Made by a program: the position numbers and the translations under genes | In this document: positions 9,642-20,740 of the stretch, piece after piece | How positions within the stretch are numbered: the first letter of the stretch is position 1 | Layout: each line of letters begins with the position of its first letter | Source: a virus | DNA: 50,983 nt | Strand: one strand, 5' to 3' | Virus record (IMG/VR): IMGVR_UViG_3300027509_000004 | The notes under the pieces: model-generated | The model's database searches: none | What the model was told of the DNA's origin: nothing | Seen by the model: the letters and a program-made list of their open reading frames with translations, nothing else

Positions 9642-10020
9642 CCCATTCGGAACTAAATCGGCTAAAAAGGCTGCTGCTGCTCAAGAAGAAGCTAACGTTC
9701 TTTCCACAAAAAGAGACGCCCTACAAGCTGCTCAAAGACGCAGAGAAACAGTGAGAGAAGCTCGAGCCGCTGCTGCTGACTCTTTTCAAGCCTCTGCTTC
9801 TCAAGGGGTCGTGACCAGCTCAGCAGCACAGGGAGCAGAAGGTAACATCAAAAGCCAGTTCACTTCAAACCTCTCTTTCTTAGATAATCAAAACCTTCTT
9901 GTTGACCAAGAGAGTGCAGCTATCGGACGTCAACGTAAGTATCAAGCGAAAGCTCAACGCTCGAGCGCTATTTTTAAGGCAGTCCTTAACGGTGGCGTAG
10001 CAGCAGCAGGGTTCATATAA
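9634..10020 (+). CDS. internal virion protein (small, A/Q/R-rich)
   Basis: 128 aa and alanine-rich, immediately before the giant internal proteins. Position matches T7 gp13/14. Confidence 0.4.
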   Translation: MADPFGTKSAKKAAAAQEEANVLSTKRDALQAAQRRRETVREARAAAADSFQASASQGVVTSSAAQGAEGNIKSQFTSNLSFLDNQNLLVDQESAAIGRQRKYQAKAQRSSAIFKAVLNGGVAAAGFI

Positions 10021-10021
10021 T

Positions 10022-13000
10022 ATGGAACTATTCACAGAACAGACAGAGACAGGGCCTTTATTTTTAGACCCTAAGACAGGGGAAGACCCTAAAGCCCAGA
10101 CTATAGCGGCCTCCCCTACTACCGTTACTCCTCAAATACATCGGTCTTCCATGATGGCCGCTGTAGAGGAAGTTCCTGTGTCTGAGCTAGACGCTGACCC
10201 TCAGAACTATATGGCCCTTTTGTCAGAAACCAAGGGCTTATACCAAGAGCGTATTCAGATGCTAGGGGACAGTCAAATTCGCCTAGAGATGGCCCATAAA
10301 GAACGCCTAGAAGAGGTTAGAGATGCTTTGGCTCTCTCTCGTGAAACAGAAGACGAGTATGAGAAGTGGGGGGCTGTCCAGTACGCTCAACACGCTGCCC
10401 AACAAGACATGGTAGAGAAGTCTAAAACAGCCCCAGAGAAACGTACTATGGACGCTATCGAACGGATAGCCCAGAGAGACCCTTATGCGGCTGCTATGTT
10501 TTCTCGTGAGCAAGAGATTGGAGACACCACTCGAGACTCTCTGCGAGAAGAAGGAGCTCGTCGTCTCGTCTACCAAAACTTCTTGGACGGCTTAAAGGAA
10601 GAAGATAACAGAAACATGGCTCACAAGGTCTTTGACTGGACAGCCGACAACATTCTGTTTCCTCTTGACAAGGGCCTAGACATAACAGGCAACATTGATG
10701 TTGAGGGAAAGAAGGCGGGAAAGATTAAGAACTTTTTCCTTCCCGGGGAGAGACGTGAAGCAGAGGCCTTCAGGCTTTCTCAGGTTCCTTTGAATGAGCT
10801 TCCAGCTTTTCTTGAAGCTACGAAGATGGCCTATGAAGATGCTGCCACTCTCTTTAAGTACACGAACAAGACAGAGTTGAAAGAACAACTAGGAGAGCTA
10901 GTTAACAACAATAAATCTATTGGTGGCACTAACTTGATGCAGTCTATTGAGATTGCTTCTATACTCCCTGTTACAAAGTCTGCTACTGTCACCAGCACTA
11001 TGATTCGAGGAGGAGCTAGAAAACAAGCTACGGAGCTTGCAGCTACGGCTGCTCGGATAGCAGAGACAGAGGGCATTGAAGCGGCAGCTAAAGCCACAGG
11101 CATGGAAAGTACTGAGATATACGAAAGTCTCCTTCCTGCCGTCCTTAAGAATGTCATGGATGATGGCCTATCTGGCATCTCAACGGATGCTGGTGGAGCT
11201 TACGCTGCTGGCCGTGAGGGCATGGAAAAGATAGTGAAAGCCAACACAAGGTCCCGCCTAGGAGCTAACGAGAGAGAAGCCTTAGAGGGCTCTCTTGAGC
11301 CTCAAGCTAAGAGGGCTTTTGGAGACGCGGTTAAGGATGTTAAGTTGAAGTGGGAGACTACTTCTACAGGCTCTCAGGTTCCTATTAATAGAGCCATAGT
11401 GGGAAGTCTTAAAGGTGAAGGGGGTTATGCCTCGGAGGAAGCCTTAAAGTCCGCTGTGGACAAGTACGGAGTAGCCTACAAGCCTTGGAAGGACGAGTCA
11501 GGGGAATGGTTCGCTGTCGCCCGGCTGCCTATCAAAGAAGAAGGCTTCTATACGGCCCCCTTAAAGGTGAATGCAAGTACAGTTATCTCAAAGTTTCTCC
11601 GAGCGGGAGGGATGCAAGGGGATGATGCACTACAAGGAGCTGCCATTCAAGGGGGACGCCTAGCGGATAAAATACAGTCTGGTTTCGAAGAACTCTCTTA
11701 TAGAAACTACGGAAAGCTCGCCAGAAAAGACCGTAAGGTTTTGGATGAAATTTTTGAAGCAGGGAGAGACACCGAAGAAGGTTGGCTAACTACTGTTCAG
11801 CTACAGAAAAGATGGGAAGAGCAGACAGGCAATAAAATATCCCCTAAAGCTGAAGGCGCTTACTATGACTTTAAGCGTATCATGGACATTACTTACCATA
11901 TTCGTAACCAAGATGTCTACAAAAGAAAAGCCCTTGAGGGCAAAGAAACAATCGCTCTTCCTGCTAATCTAGGTAAAGGGTCAGCTAAGGTCTCTAGGGA
12001 CATGGGGGACATTCCCGAGAGTAGGGTTTTTGATGTGTCCGACAACAAGCATTATGCTAAAGATTTGGGAACTCAGATGGGCCCAGAGAAGTGGAAGAAA
12101 CTAAAAGACAAGGGCTACATGAAAGTGACCTTTGACGAACCTGTCAGCTTGCCTGATGGAACAAAAGTCTTAGAGGTTATTGGCAAGAAGTCTGACTTCG
12201 AGGTCAGTCCCTTAGCACACATCCAAGTACCCTACAAGGCAGGTATCCACAGAATGTATGAAGATAGGTTCTTCGCTAAAGCTGCTACCCGTCTTACACA
12301 AGGAGACACAGGTAAAACTGTCTTAGGTTCCCCTAAAGCCTATAGAACTTTCCCCAGCCAAAAGATGGCTGACGAGTGGGTGTCTACAATGAATGCTGCT
12401 GCTAAGGTCTACAAAGAAAATGCAGGAGACTTGGCCGGACTAGCTAAGGTGTTCGGAGGTCGTAGTGAGTATCCTTCCCCTGAAGAGTTTATTAATTCTA
12501 TTAAGCAGGGGAAATTTAATCCTGACGAAGCCTTGGAGGCCGTAGAGGACGGAGTTCTTCCTTCCGCTTACACTGGAGACCTGTCAGAGACTAGGTTTTT
12601 CTCAGACCCAGAGGCAAGCTCATTAGAGATGTTAGGGACAACTCAAGGACGTATGTACACCTCTTCTCGAGGAGATAGGCTTGTAGGATATGACGGAAAA
12701 GAAGCCCCAGTGCTCTCACCTGCAAAGACAATCAACCGTGCAGCTAATGATGCTGCTCGTATTGCTGGCTTTAGTGATTATGTCATGGAGTCAACCAATC
12801 GGATGCTGACTTCTTTTGACAAACACATAGACCCTAAGAGTGTGGCACACGTGTTGTCTCCACAAGCTAAGGTTCAATATGGTAAACTTAAAAAGGGGAC
12901 AGACTCTAAGATTGTCGCTCAGTGGGAGGCTCAACGTTCAATCATCGGACGTGTCCTCAACCAAAAGACCGCTTCAGATGAAATCATGGACAACTTCAAC

Positions 13001-14659
13001 AGGTCTCTCCAGAACAGACTGGCAGGGAGTGGTGTCTTAGATACTCTAACAGGCGGCAAAGCTATAAACATCGCTAGGTGGGTAGACGAAGCTAATCCTT
13101 TAGCTGCTATGCGGGGTTTTGCTTTCCACACTAAGCTGGGACTATTCAACGTAGCTCAGTTCCCTTTGCAAGCTTCAAGCTCCTTCCAAGCAGCTTTGTT
13201 GAGCCCTGACTGGCTGGAGATTAATCCTTTCCAAGCTTATGCAGGAGGAGTTCTCCTTAGGTTTGCCCACGAGTATGGCCCCAATGCTTCTAAGGTCTTG
13301 GATAATCCTCGTCTCCTGAAATCAATGGGTTTCAAAGACAAGGCTTCTGCTAAGGAAGCTGTAGAGGCTTTCTCAGAGTCAGGTCTTCTCAATGTTAACA
13401 ACTCTCACCAGTTAGCTAACACAAAGACAGGTGGCTTAATCGGTGCAGGACGCTACGGAGCAGCCTACGAAAAAGGAAAGAAAGCTTCTGGTATATTCTT
13501 CTACGAGCCTGAAAAAATTAACCGTTCAGTAGCCTTTATGGTTGCATGGAGGGAAGTAGAGAAAGACCTAGGGAAACGCCTCTTAAGAACAGACGGGGCT
13601 TCCATGAAAAAAGTCTTTGATAAGACAGAGACATATTCTTTTCAAATGGCAGCAGAGAGCCGTAGTGCTTTCCAAAAAGGACCAGCCTCACTGGCCACTC
13701 AGTTCTTTTCCTATCCTATTCGTATGTTGGAGTTGACTTTCTCTGGTAACAAGCTTTCTTCTTCTCAGAAGGCTAAGCTATTAGCTGGTCAGTTGACTAT
13801 GTACGGAAGTGCAGGGTTTGTTGGAACAGAGATTATATCAGACAAAATACAAACGTCCACAGGAGAGACCCCCAAAAAAGGCACTGTTGGTTATGTCTTA
13901 GACCGAGGCTTGGTAGATACTATGATTAACATGGGAGTGTTTGGGTCAGATGATACTGATATTAATGTTTCTGACCGTATCGGCACAGGAGCTTTTGCTA
14001 CAGACCTCTTTAAGGAGCTGGTTAACCAATCCCCTTACGGCGACACTTCTTTCTTAGGGGCTGTTTCAGGCGTGGGTGGTCAAACAGTTAAAGACTCTTA
14101 TGAAGCTTTCAACAGCCTCTTCAAATACTCGGTGGCCTTGAATGGGGATTTCACTCATCCTTTAATGAAGGATGCAATGATTGATGTCGCTAGGGATGTC
14201 AGCTCTGTTAACAACGCATATAGAGGAACTATGGCGATTAAGCAACAGCTTCTATATAGCAAGACAGGGAACTTGATTGACTCTGACGTTACTACGCCTG
14301 AAGCTTTTGCCTTGCTTGCTGGTATTAATAACAACACCATGAACGATGTTGGGGCTATGATGGAACACGGAAAGAGAGACAAAGAGACAGTAGAAGAAAC
14401 TTCTAAGCTAGTCTCTAAATACCTTAAAGATGCTATTCTTCTCCCCCACACCCAAGACAGCAGCTACTCTAAAATCTCTACGTTAGAGAATATAATTGAT
14501 GACCCTCTCTTGTGGGAGAAAATCGTTAAACAGTCAGAGAGATACCACAACACGGACTCCCTCGTTGAGAGTATCAGTAAAAGACACGAAGATGAGAAAA
14601 GCAGAAAAGCTATGAGAGAACGTATTGAAAAAAGAATCAAAGAACGGGATAATAAATAA
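10022..14659 (+). CDS. large internal virion / DNA-ejection protein
   Basis: 1545-aa ORF in the gp15/gp16 position. No catalytic motif recognised. Confidence 0.5.
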   Translation: MELFTEQTETGPLFLDPKTGEDPKAQTIAASPTTVTPQIHRSSMMAAVEEVPVSELDADPQNYMALLSETKGLYQERIQMLGDSQIRLEMAHKERLEEVRDALALSRETEDEYEKWGAVQYAQHAAQQDMVEKSKTAPEKRTMDAIERIAQRDPYAAAMFSREQEIGDTTRDSLREEGARRLVYQNFLDGLKEEDNRNMAHKVFDWTADNILFPLDKGLDITGNIDVEGKKAGKIKNFFLPGERREAEAFRLSQVPLNELPAFLEATKMAYEDAATLFKYTNKTELKEQLGELVNNNKSIGGTNLMQSIEIASILPVTKSATVTSTMIRGGARKQATELAATAARIAETEGIEAAAKATGMESTEIYESLLPAVLKNVMDDGLSGISTDAGGAYAAGREGMEKIVKANTRSRLGANEREALEGSLEPQAKRAFGDAVKDVKLKWETTSTGSQVPINRAIVGSLKGEGGYASEEALKSAVDKYGVAYKPWKDESGEWFAVARLPIKEEGFYTAPLKVNASTVISKFLRAGGMQGDDALQGAAIQGGRLADKIQSGFEELSYRNYGKLARKDRKVLDEIFEAGRDTEEGWLTTVQLQKRWEEQTGNKISPKAEGAYYDFKRIMDITYHIRNQDVYKRKALEGKETIALPANLGKGSAKVSRDMGDIPESRVFDVSDNKHYAKDLGTQMGPEKWKKLKDKGYMKVTFDEPVSLPDGTKVLEVIGKKSDFEVSPLAHIQVPYKAGIHRMYEDRFFAKAATRLTQGDTGKTVLGSPKAYRTFPSQKMADEWVSTMNAAAKVYKENAGDLAGLAKVFGGRSEYPSPEEFINSIKQGKFNPDEALEAVEDGVLPSAYTGDLSETRFFSDPEASSLEMLGTTQGRMYTSSRGDRLVGYDGKEAPVLSPAKTINRAANDAARIAGFSDYVMESTNRMLTSFDKHIDPKSVAHVLSPQAKVQYGKLKKGTDSKIVAQWEAQRSIIGRVLNQKTASDEIMDNFNRSLQNRLAGSGVLDTLTGGKAINIARWVDEANPLAAMRGFAFHTKLGLFNVAQFPLQASSSFQAALLSPDWLEINPFQAYAGGVLLRFAHEYGPNASKVLDNPRLLKSMGFKDKASAKEAVEAFSESGLLNVNNSHQLANTKTGGLIGAGRYGAAYEKGKKASGIFFYEPEKINRSVAFMVAWREVEKDLGKRLLRTDGASMKKVFDKTETYSFQMAAESRSAFQKGPASLATQFFSYPIRMLELTFSGNKLSSSQKAKLLAGQLTMYGSAGFVGTEIISDKIQTSTGETPKKGTVGYVLDRGLVDTMINMGVFGSDDTDINVSDRIGTGAFATDLFKELVNQSPYGDTSFLGAVSGVGGQTVKDSYEAFNSLFKYSVALNGDFTHPLMKDAMIDVARDVSSVNNAYRGTMAIKQQLLYSKTGNLIDSDVTTPEAFALLAGINNNTMNDVGAMMEHGKRDKETVEETSKLVSKYLKDAILLPHTQDSSYSKISTLENIIDDPLLWEKIVKQSERYHNTDSLVESISKRHEDEKSRKAMRERIEKRIKERDNK

Positions 14660-17211
14660 TGGCCTTAACTAAAAACCTTTCAACACCTACAGGGGCTACC
14701 AAGAGCGTACAGGATACAGGAGCTTTGATTGACCCTGCTATGTACACCATAGACGGAGTATCTAGTGTGGCTCAGGCTGCCATAGGGGTGGCTAAAGACG
14801 TTAAAGCGGCTAGAGATAAGAAGAAGGCCTCTGCAAGACAGACAAAGAGACAGGACGCTTCAGATGCTCGGGCAGAAGCTTCAGCGGCTAGAGCACAGAA
14901 CGCAGAAAACAGGGCGGCACAAACTTTTGCCAACACTCAAGAAGACCGTGTTAAGAAGACCTTAGACAGTTCTTTTGAAGACGATGCTGAAAGAGTTGTT
15001 ATGCGTTTGGATAAGGTTCAACGGGGCATCTCTCAAAAAGGAGGTTCTCAGGCTCAACTCTCTCTAACACTGGAGTCAGAGACAACAGCTTTACTGCAAC
15101 AGTACCCCGGATATGAGGCAGAACTAGGGGCCTACATGCAGAAGAGAGGCTTCCAGTCTACCTTCTTCCAAGGTCTAGATGATGCTCAAAAGCAACACGT
15201 ATCTGAACGAGACAATCGATTGCAGAGACAAGAAGAGGCTAAAGATGTAGCTTTTCAGTCAGGCCTTGTTGATGAAAATACTCCTGAAAAGGAAGCTATA
15301 TCTATAGGCCAATCCATTCAAGCATACAAAGCAGAGACAGCTATTTTAAAAGAGCGTGCTCAAATCTTAAATGACAACAAGCGTATGTCTATTGAGGAGA
15401 GAAAAGCAGAGCAGGGCCAAATTGATAGGAAGATGGCACAAGCAGCTTCTAAAGGAGCTTCTACTATAACAGGTGCCGTCACTTCTGCTGTCTTGTCTCA
15501 AATGTCTAACGCCACTCCTGATAACTATAAACAGATTACTTCTAAGATACCCACTAAGATATTAGAGCTAGAAGCGGGCCGTGAGCAGCTATACCAAGAC
15601 TACGGATACAACGCAGATGCTATGAAAGCTATCGACAAAGGAATTGACGCCAGCAAGAAGATGCTCGTAGACATGTCCTCTGGGGATTACTCACAAGCAA
15701 AAGCTAATGCGACTTCTTTAAGTAACATGAAAAGCTCTTTCGGGCTTGACCTATACGAGGTCGCTCCTATTATGGGTATCGTGGACTCTCTTCCCGCTCC
15801 TATGCAAGACTCTATTTACTCTGGCACTGGCATGTTCAAAGGAATGATGCCTGAAATGCAGAAGGGGTTGCTGGACTCTATGCAGAGAATTGACAGCATG
15901 GAGAGGCAACGGTTTGAGTCTTTACAGAAAAATACTGGAGGACCAAAAGGAGATGAGCCCCGTCCACCTCTCGAAACTCTTTCTATTAAGGAAGCACAAG
16001 ATAGGGTTCAGTATGACTCTTTCAATCAAAAGGAGAGTCTAAGAAAGGTCATTGACCCTAACACTTCTCCAGAAGAAATGACTCCCAACTTAGACACTTT
16101 TATTGATTCTCAAGTCCACCTTCTCCCTGCTTTTGAACGAGTTATCTCTGAAAGCTCTAAATCAGGTGTTGAAGATGCTTTAATCGGCGTAGATAAAATA
16201 GCTTCTCCTCAAGTCGCTCAGGCACTAGAGATTGCCATGCAAAACCCTGCTTTCAAAGAAGAGGCGGAGATGGTTATGAGTTCCACTAGGAATCAAATGC
16301 AGAAAGCCTTAGACCTCGTATCTACCAATTCTAAAGAGACAGGGGGGATGTTCACTTCTGGCTTTGACCCTAGGGCGGGTAGATACTCTGCTATGTTTAA
16401 TGGAGACAGAGTAGATGGCGCCAAGAAAATGGCAGGAAATTTTGGAATAGGGGCGTCTCTTATAAGCAACGAAGATTTACGTCTTAGGGCTCTCAAGGAA
16501 GGCCCAAATCCTAAAATGGAACGTAAGATTGAAGTGTTGAACAAGGCTATGGATTTCTTAGCTAGAACCAGAGACCACGATAAGTCCGTCAAACCTAATA
16601 TTACAGAGCTTGAGTACCGTAACGCTTACGCCTCTAAAGACTTCTCTGGAGTTTTTCAAGACAATCCAGCCGAGTTGGGGGACACCTCAATTGACCCGTC
16701 GATGATAGATTACACGGAAGCTTCTTTTAAAGGGATGGCTCTTAGCTCTGCTTACAGGGTCAAAGAGGAATCCTTAGCTCCTGCGCTTGATAGTGCTGCG
16801 ACTTCTCTTAACTTGCCACCTGCGTTAGTCCATTCTATGGCCGACACGGAAACGGGACACCTCACAGGAGAGAACCGTGAGACAGTCACAAATAAGTGGG
16901 GGGCTAGGGGCATCATGCAAGTGACTAAACCAACAGCCGAAGAAATGGGATACTCATGGGAAGACATGTTAGACCCAGAGATTAACGCTAAGGCGGGTTC
17001 TGAATACATGTCAGACCAATTAGCTAACTTTAATGGAGACATAGAAGATGCTCTTATGGCTTACAACGCAGGACCTACAAAGGTTCGTAAGTGGATTAGA
17101 GAAGGACGGCCTATCGTCCAAGGCAAGTCTTGGCAAACAAACGCTTTTCCTTATGTAGAGAAAATCCTCTCTAACCTAGAAAACACACAGACCAACGAAG
17201 GAGACAACTAA
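14659..17211 (+). CDS. internal virion protein with C-terminal lytic transglycosylase (SLT) domain
   Basis: The C-terminus carries ETGH..(x)..GARGIMQVTKPTAEEMG..AGSEYM..LMAYNAGP, the E / GLMQ / AYNAG signature of SLT domains, as in T7 gp16. Confidence 0.75.
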   Translation: MALTKNLSTPTGATKSVQDTGALIDPAMYTIDGVSSVAQAAIGVAKDVKAARDKKKASARQTKRQDASDARAEASAARAQNAENRAAQTFANTQEDRVKKTLDSSFEDDAERVVMRLDKVQRGISQKGGSQAQLSLTLESETTALLQQYPGYEAELGAYMQKRGFQSTFFQGLDDAQKQHVSERDNRLQRQEEAKDVAFQSGLVDENTPEKEAISIGQSIQAYKAETAILKERAQILNDNKRMSIEERKAEQGQIDRKMAQAASKGASTITGAVTSAVLSQMSNATPDNYKQITSKIPTKILELEAGREQLYQDYGYNADAMKAIDKGIDASKKMLVDMSSGDYSQAKANATSLSNMKSSFGLDLYEVAPIMGIVDSLPAPMQDSIYSGTGMFKGMMPEMQKGLLDSMQRIDSMERQRFESLQKNTGGPKGDEPRPPLETLSIKEAQDRVQYDSFNQKESLRKVIDPNTSPEEMTPNLDTFIDSQVHLLPAFERVISESSKSGVEDALIGVDKIASPQVAQALEIAMQNPAFKEEAEMVMSSTRNQMQKALDLVSTNSKETGGMFTSGFDPRAGRYSAMFNGDRVDGAKKMAGNFGIGASLISNEDLRLRALKEGPNPKMERKIEVLNKAMDFLARTRDHDKSVKPNITELEYRNAYASKDFSGVFQDNPAELGDTSIDPSMIDYTEASFKGMALSSAYRVKEESLAPALDSAATSLNLPPALVHSMADTETGHLTGENRETVTNKWGARGIMQVTKPTAEEMGYSWEDMLDPEINAKAGSEYMSDQLANFNGDIEDALMAYNAGPTKVRKWIREGRPIVQGKSWQTNAFPYVEKILSNLENTQTNEGDN

Positions 17212-19256
17212 TGTCTTGTAACAACGACAACAAAGGGCCTTTCTACGAGACAGGGGAAACCTTCGCTAGGAAGATTCTAGAAAAACGTCTCATAAAAGAA
17301 GGTATTTACTACGTTCTAGAAGAGGACGGTAATGTGTACCATTACTACGGTCTTTCCGATGGGACGGGGAAACTCATAAATCAAGAGCTCCCACAAGCAC
17401 TCTTAGAAGACTTAGGGGATAGGTTAGATATTGCCGAGCCTAGGATTGATACGGCGCTTGAGGTTACTATGGTTGAGGGTCAGTCATACACGGCTGGTCA
17501 AACACACTATGCACTCAATACGTTTTGGCACAACGAAGATGCAGCTACAGTCCCCACCCCTATTACGGAAGCCTCTCTTCTGGCGGCAGGGTTTGTCCCT
17601 GAACGGCAATCAGTCTTTGCCACGGCGGCGGACTTACGGCTACAGACTTCTATTGCGGCGGACCTTGTTCTTGTTGGAGGTGGTGTTTTTTGTTCTGATA
17701 GGACAACAGGTCATACAGCTTCCGAAGATGATGGCTTACTTACGATTGTCGATGGTGCGGGGCGTCTGTTTGTCAAGAAAGAGGAGTTCTATTTAAGCTC
17801 TCCTCTTATAGACCCAACGGTGACTGATTGGGCTCCTGTGTTCAACCAGTATCTTGCTAAGGGTTATCTTCTTAGGGTTGGGCCGGGGGATTGGAATATT
17901 CAAACCGAGCTTGTGTTTAAGCGCGGCGGGGGTATTATCAGCAATCCAATGGCTGACCGCTATCCTGATACGTCGCAGAATGGCGGACGTGTATTTACAG
18001 GAACACGAATAAGGTGGACAGGACCAGCAACAAGCGGCGCTATGCTTCGTATGTCGGCCTTGCCTGTTGGACAAGGGCTGTTAGATGGCACTCCTAATGC
18101 TTTTAGTGATAGTGTCTTTGGGTGCTCTCTTGTAGGCATTACGGTAGATGGCAACGGCTTAGCGGATTTCGGTCTTTACCAATATCGTGGTATTGATTGC
18201 CTCATCCAAGGGAATGTGTTTACAGGTACTTTAAAGAATGCGGCTTGGGGTAGTGCTTTATACTCTGGTGAATGGTCTAACAATATAGCGTTTAAGAATG
18301 ATGGGCGCGGTCTTGTTATTGGCATGGGCTTTGAAGACTTCGGTTCTAGTTTTACCGAGGCAGAAGCGAATGCCCTTAGATTTATTTCTAACAATGCAGT
18401 CGCTAATGGACGTGCAGGTGAGTTCGACGATGGTCTAGGGGCTGGCACAGCTAACACAGATAAGGGTGCGGGCATCATGTTGAACCTTCATCGTGGTAAC
18501 TTCATTCACGGTAACACATCAGAGTTAAATGATGGGCCTAGCTTTTGGATAAGATGCACAAGTAGCTCTAACTCAATCATGGGACTGTATAGTGAACTAG
18601 CTAACTCTATCGACATTGATGGTGGTGGTCCAGCAGGGACGGCGATTTCAGAAGGCCGTGCTAAGTTTAAATGGGATTTATGGATGGAGGGAACCGTTGG
18701 TGGCTTTGGCAACATCATCCGTGATGGTGTTTGGGCTGGTGGCTGGATTAGGCTGACAGGCGTTGAGCCCTCTGTGGGCCGTAAAGGTGAAATCCTGAAG
18801 TTAGAAAACATGCACCTCGGCTCAGGCGTCAAAGCGGATTGGGGTGGGTATGCTTTGATAAACTGCTCCGAAGAGTTTATGAACTTCGATGGCTCGACAC
18901 CTCCAAGCGGATGGGCGGGGTCTGTGAACGGGCGGGCTACGTTTAGTCCTGACATTGTTTGCTCTGTTCTTTTTGAGGATGATGGGACAGGTGTAATCAC
19001 AATCCATGATAGTAAGAACGTAACGAGTGTATCAAGAGGAGGCAGTGCTGGAACATATGCTGTCAACTATGCGAATAATCTAAGCGTTCCTTATCTGGTC
19101 AATGCCCAAGAATATAAAGCAGCCCGTTACCTTAAACCAAGCGGCGCTGCGGGCGTAGAGACCTCTCGTCTTATTTTAATTAATACTAACTCTGCTGGAA
19201 CGGGCGTACATGAGGCGGGTCTTTTCTCTGCTGAATGTAAGGGCGAGTTAGTTTAA
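17211..19256 (+). CDS. tailspike / tail fibre with right-handed beta-helix-like repeats
   Basis: 681 aa, the last large structural gene. Has repeated G-N-x-hydrophobic rungs (GNVFTG, NNIAFKN, NNAVANG, GNFIHGN) typical of pectate-lyase-fold spikes. Confidence 0.55.
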   Translation: MSCNNDNKGPFYETGETFARKILEKRLIKEGIYYVLEEDGNVYHYYGLSDGTGKLINQELPQALLEDLGDRLDIAEPRIDTALEVTMVEGQSYTAGQTHYALNTFWHNEDAATVPTPITEASLLAAGFVPERQSVFATAADLRLQTSIAADLVLVGGGVFCSDRTTGHTASEDDGLLTIVDGAGRLFVKKEEFYLSSPLIDPTVTDWAPVFNQYLAKGYLLRVGPGDWNIQTELVFKRGGGIISNPMADRYPDTSQNGGRVFTGTRIRWTGPATSGAMLRMSALPVGQGLLDGTPNAFSDSVFGCSLVGITVDGNGLADFGLYQYRGIDCLIQGNVFTGTLKNAAWGSALYSGEWSNNIAFKNDGRGLVIGMGFEDFGSSFTEAEANALRFISNNAVANGRAGEFDDGLGAGTANTDKGAGIMLNLHRGNFIHGNTSELNDGPSFWIRCTSSSNSIMGLYSELANSIDIDGGGPAGTAISEGRAKFKWDLWMEGTVGGFGNIIRDGVWAGGWIRLTGVEPSVGRKGEILKLENMHLGSGVKADWGGYALINCSEEFMNFDGSTPPSGWAGSVNGRATFSPDIVCSVLFEDDGTGVITIHDSKNVTSVSRGGSAGTYAVNYANNLSVPYLVNAQEYKAARYLKPSGAAGVETSRLILINTNSAGTGVHEAGLFSAECKGELV

Positions 19257-19304
19257 ACAATCAACCAAAAGCCGGGCGCGGGCTGAAAATCAAAGAAAAA
19301 TAAC

Positions 19305-19706
19305 ATGACAATAGCCATAGCCACCGTGCTTTGCCTAATTCTTTTGGGTTGGGCGACCATCTCCGGCCTGATAACCGTCTGGCGATGCCGCGTACAATTT
19401 GCCCGGTACGACCTGAACGACATTAAAGATTTATTCCTACATCCGAGCAGGGTGATTGTGGCCGAAGTATTTTGGGCAGGGGTATGTCTCTTTCTTATTG
19501 GCTCAACCATAATCTGTGCATGGGATTTTTATCTGCGTGTGCTTTGGCACTATCAAGTTGGGTGGACTAATTCAGGCGACACTTGGGGTTGGCGTTGGAT
19601 TAACTGGCATATCACCACTGCAATATTTTTCTTATTTTTTCACGGTTTCATTCGGCGTGTGGCCAAGCAATCAGAAAAAAAGAATGGAGTCGGTGATGCC
19701 GATTGA
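19305..19706 (+). CDS. membrane protein (holin or lysis-regulator candidate)
   Basis: 133 aa with several hydrophobic helices (IAIATVLCLILLGWATISGLI; VFWAGVCLFLIGSTIICAW; TTAIFFLFFHGFI). First gene of the lysis block. Confidence 0.45.
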   Translation: MTIAIATVLCLILLGWATISGLITVWRCRVQFARYDLNDIKDLFLHPSRVIVAEVFWAGVCLFLIGSTIICAWDFYLRVLWHYQVGWTNSGDTWGWRWINWHITTAIFFLFFHGFIRRVAKQSEKKNGVGDAD

Positions 19707-20100
19707 AGTTAAAGAGCTCGCCGACATGCTGATGCGGATGCTCGCCCCTCTCATGCTTTCAATTATCATGGGCTTAGCTGTCTACGCGGTCGTCCCGCAA
19801 TGGCGTGAAAATGCGAAGCTCTTATTCGGCGGCATTATCTTTGGCACACTTGGAGGATTCATGGCGGGAGAGGTTGATGGGCTAGTGTTTATTAAAACTC
19901 CTATCACGATTGCCTCGACTGTGATGGGCCCTTCCCTTGTGCTTTGGGCGGCTAATATTAAAAACCCCGGACAATTTATCCAAGTTCTGCGGGAGTTCGG
20001 AGAAGCCCTAGCGACTATTCAAATCGGAAAATCAAGCGCCTCAAGACCAAAGGAGATTAACCATGATAATGTTGTCAAAGAAACCGAAGACTTAGCTTAA
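19696..20100 (+). CDS. holin-like membrane protein
   Basis: ATG 19696 has GGAG 5 nt upstream. About three TM segments and a charged C-terminus. The N-terminal extension in the ORF track (19516) overlaps the previous gene and is rejected. Confidence 0.45.
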   Translation: MPIEVKELADMLMRMLAPLMLSIIMGLAVYAVVPQWRENAKLLFGGIIFGTLGGFMAGEVDGLVFIKTPITIASTVMGPSLVLWAANIKNPGQFIQVLREFGEALATIQIGKSSASRPKEINHDNVVKETEDLA

Positions 20101-20121
20101 TAATAACTAAAGGAGACTATT

Positions 20122-20325
20122 ATGTCTAATAACTACAACTATACAGTTTTATGTGAGGTCAAAACCCACAAGATTGAATACAAAGGTGAGCCCTACGTGA
20201 AAGGCGATTATGTCCTTATTCCACGTCCACATGCCGTCCAGTACGGTAAGGCTGTACGAATTCTCACCCGTACAGAGCAACTCCAGAAAGAAAAGGAATG
20301 GAAAGATGCCGATAATAAAACATAA
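20122..20325 (+). CDS. hypothetical protein (67 aa)
   Basis: SD AAAGGAG lies upstream of the ATG. No motif recognised. Confidence 0.45.
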   Translation: MSNNYNYTVLCEVKTHKIEYKGEPYVKGDYVLIPRPHAVQYGKAVRILTRTEQLQKEKEWKDADNKT

Positions 20326-20740
20326 GCTTTCCAAGAGGTCTTTAAGGAGACTCCAAGGCCTTCACCCTGATATGGTGAAAGTTGTTAAAAGGGCCAGCAC
20401 TATTCTTAGGTACGGGGGCCACCCTTATGTGGACTTCTCTGTAGGAGAGTCTGTGAGGACTTTGGAACGACAAAGAAAGCTCATGTCTATAGGAGCGACT
20501 AAGACTATGAATAGTCGTCACCTCAGGGCTTCTAATGGCTACTCTCACGCAGTAGACCTTATTGCCCTCATAGACGGCAAGGTTACGTGGTCTTGGGAGA
20601 GCGGGGCTTTTGACATTATTGCAGATGCAATGAAACAGGCCGCCAGAGAATATCGTATCCCTATTCAATGGGGAGGCGACTGGAAGTCCTTTAAGGATGG
20701 CCCACACTTTCAACTACCTTGGAGGGAGTACCCTAAGTAA
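20306..20740 (+). CDS. endolysin, peptidase M15 (VanY / L-Ala-D-Glu peptidase-like)
   Basis: Zinc-peptidase motifs SRHL, HAVDL and DGPHFQ (H..D...H arrangement). Lies in the lysis block. Start set at the internal ATG 20306. Confidence 0.7.
   Translation: MPIIKHKLSKRSLRRLQGLHPDMVKVVKRASTILRYGGHPYVDFSVGESVRTLERQRKLMSIGATKTMNSRHLRASNGYSHAVDLIALIDGKVTWSWESGAFDIIADAMKQAAREYRIPIQWGGDWKSFKDGPHFQLPWREYPK

Noticed and set aside
10022-14659. The 1545-aa internal protein as a virion-packaged RNA polymerase (N4-like idea).
   Set aside because: I could not find a convincing set of single-subunit RNAP motifs. One K-x-YG-like string near residue 1250 has the wrong spacing. The position and size fit an ordinary ejection protein.
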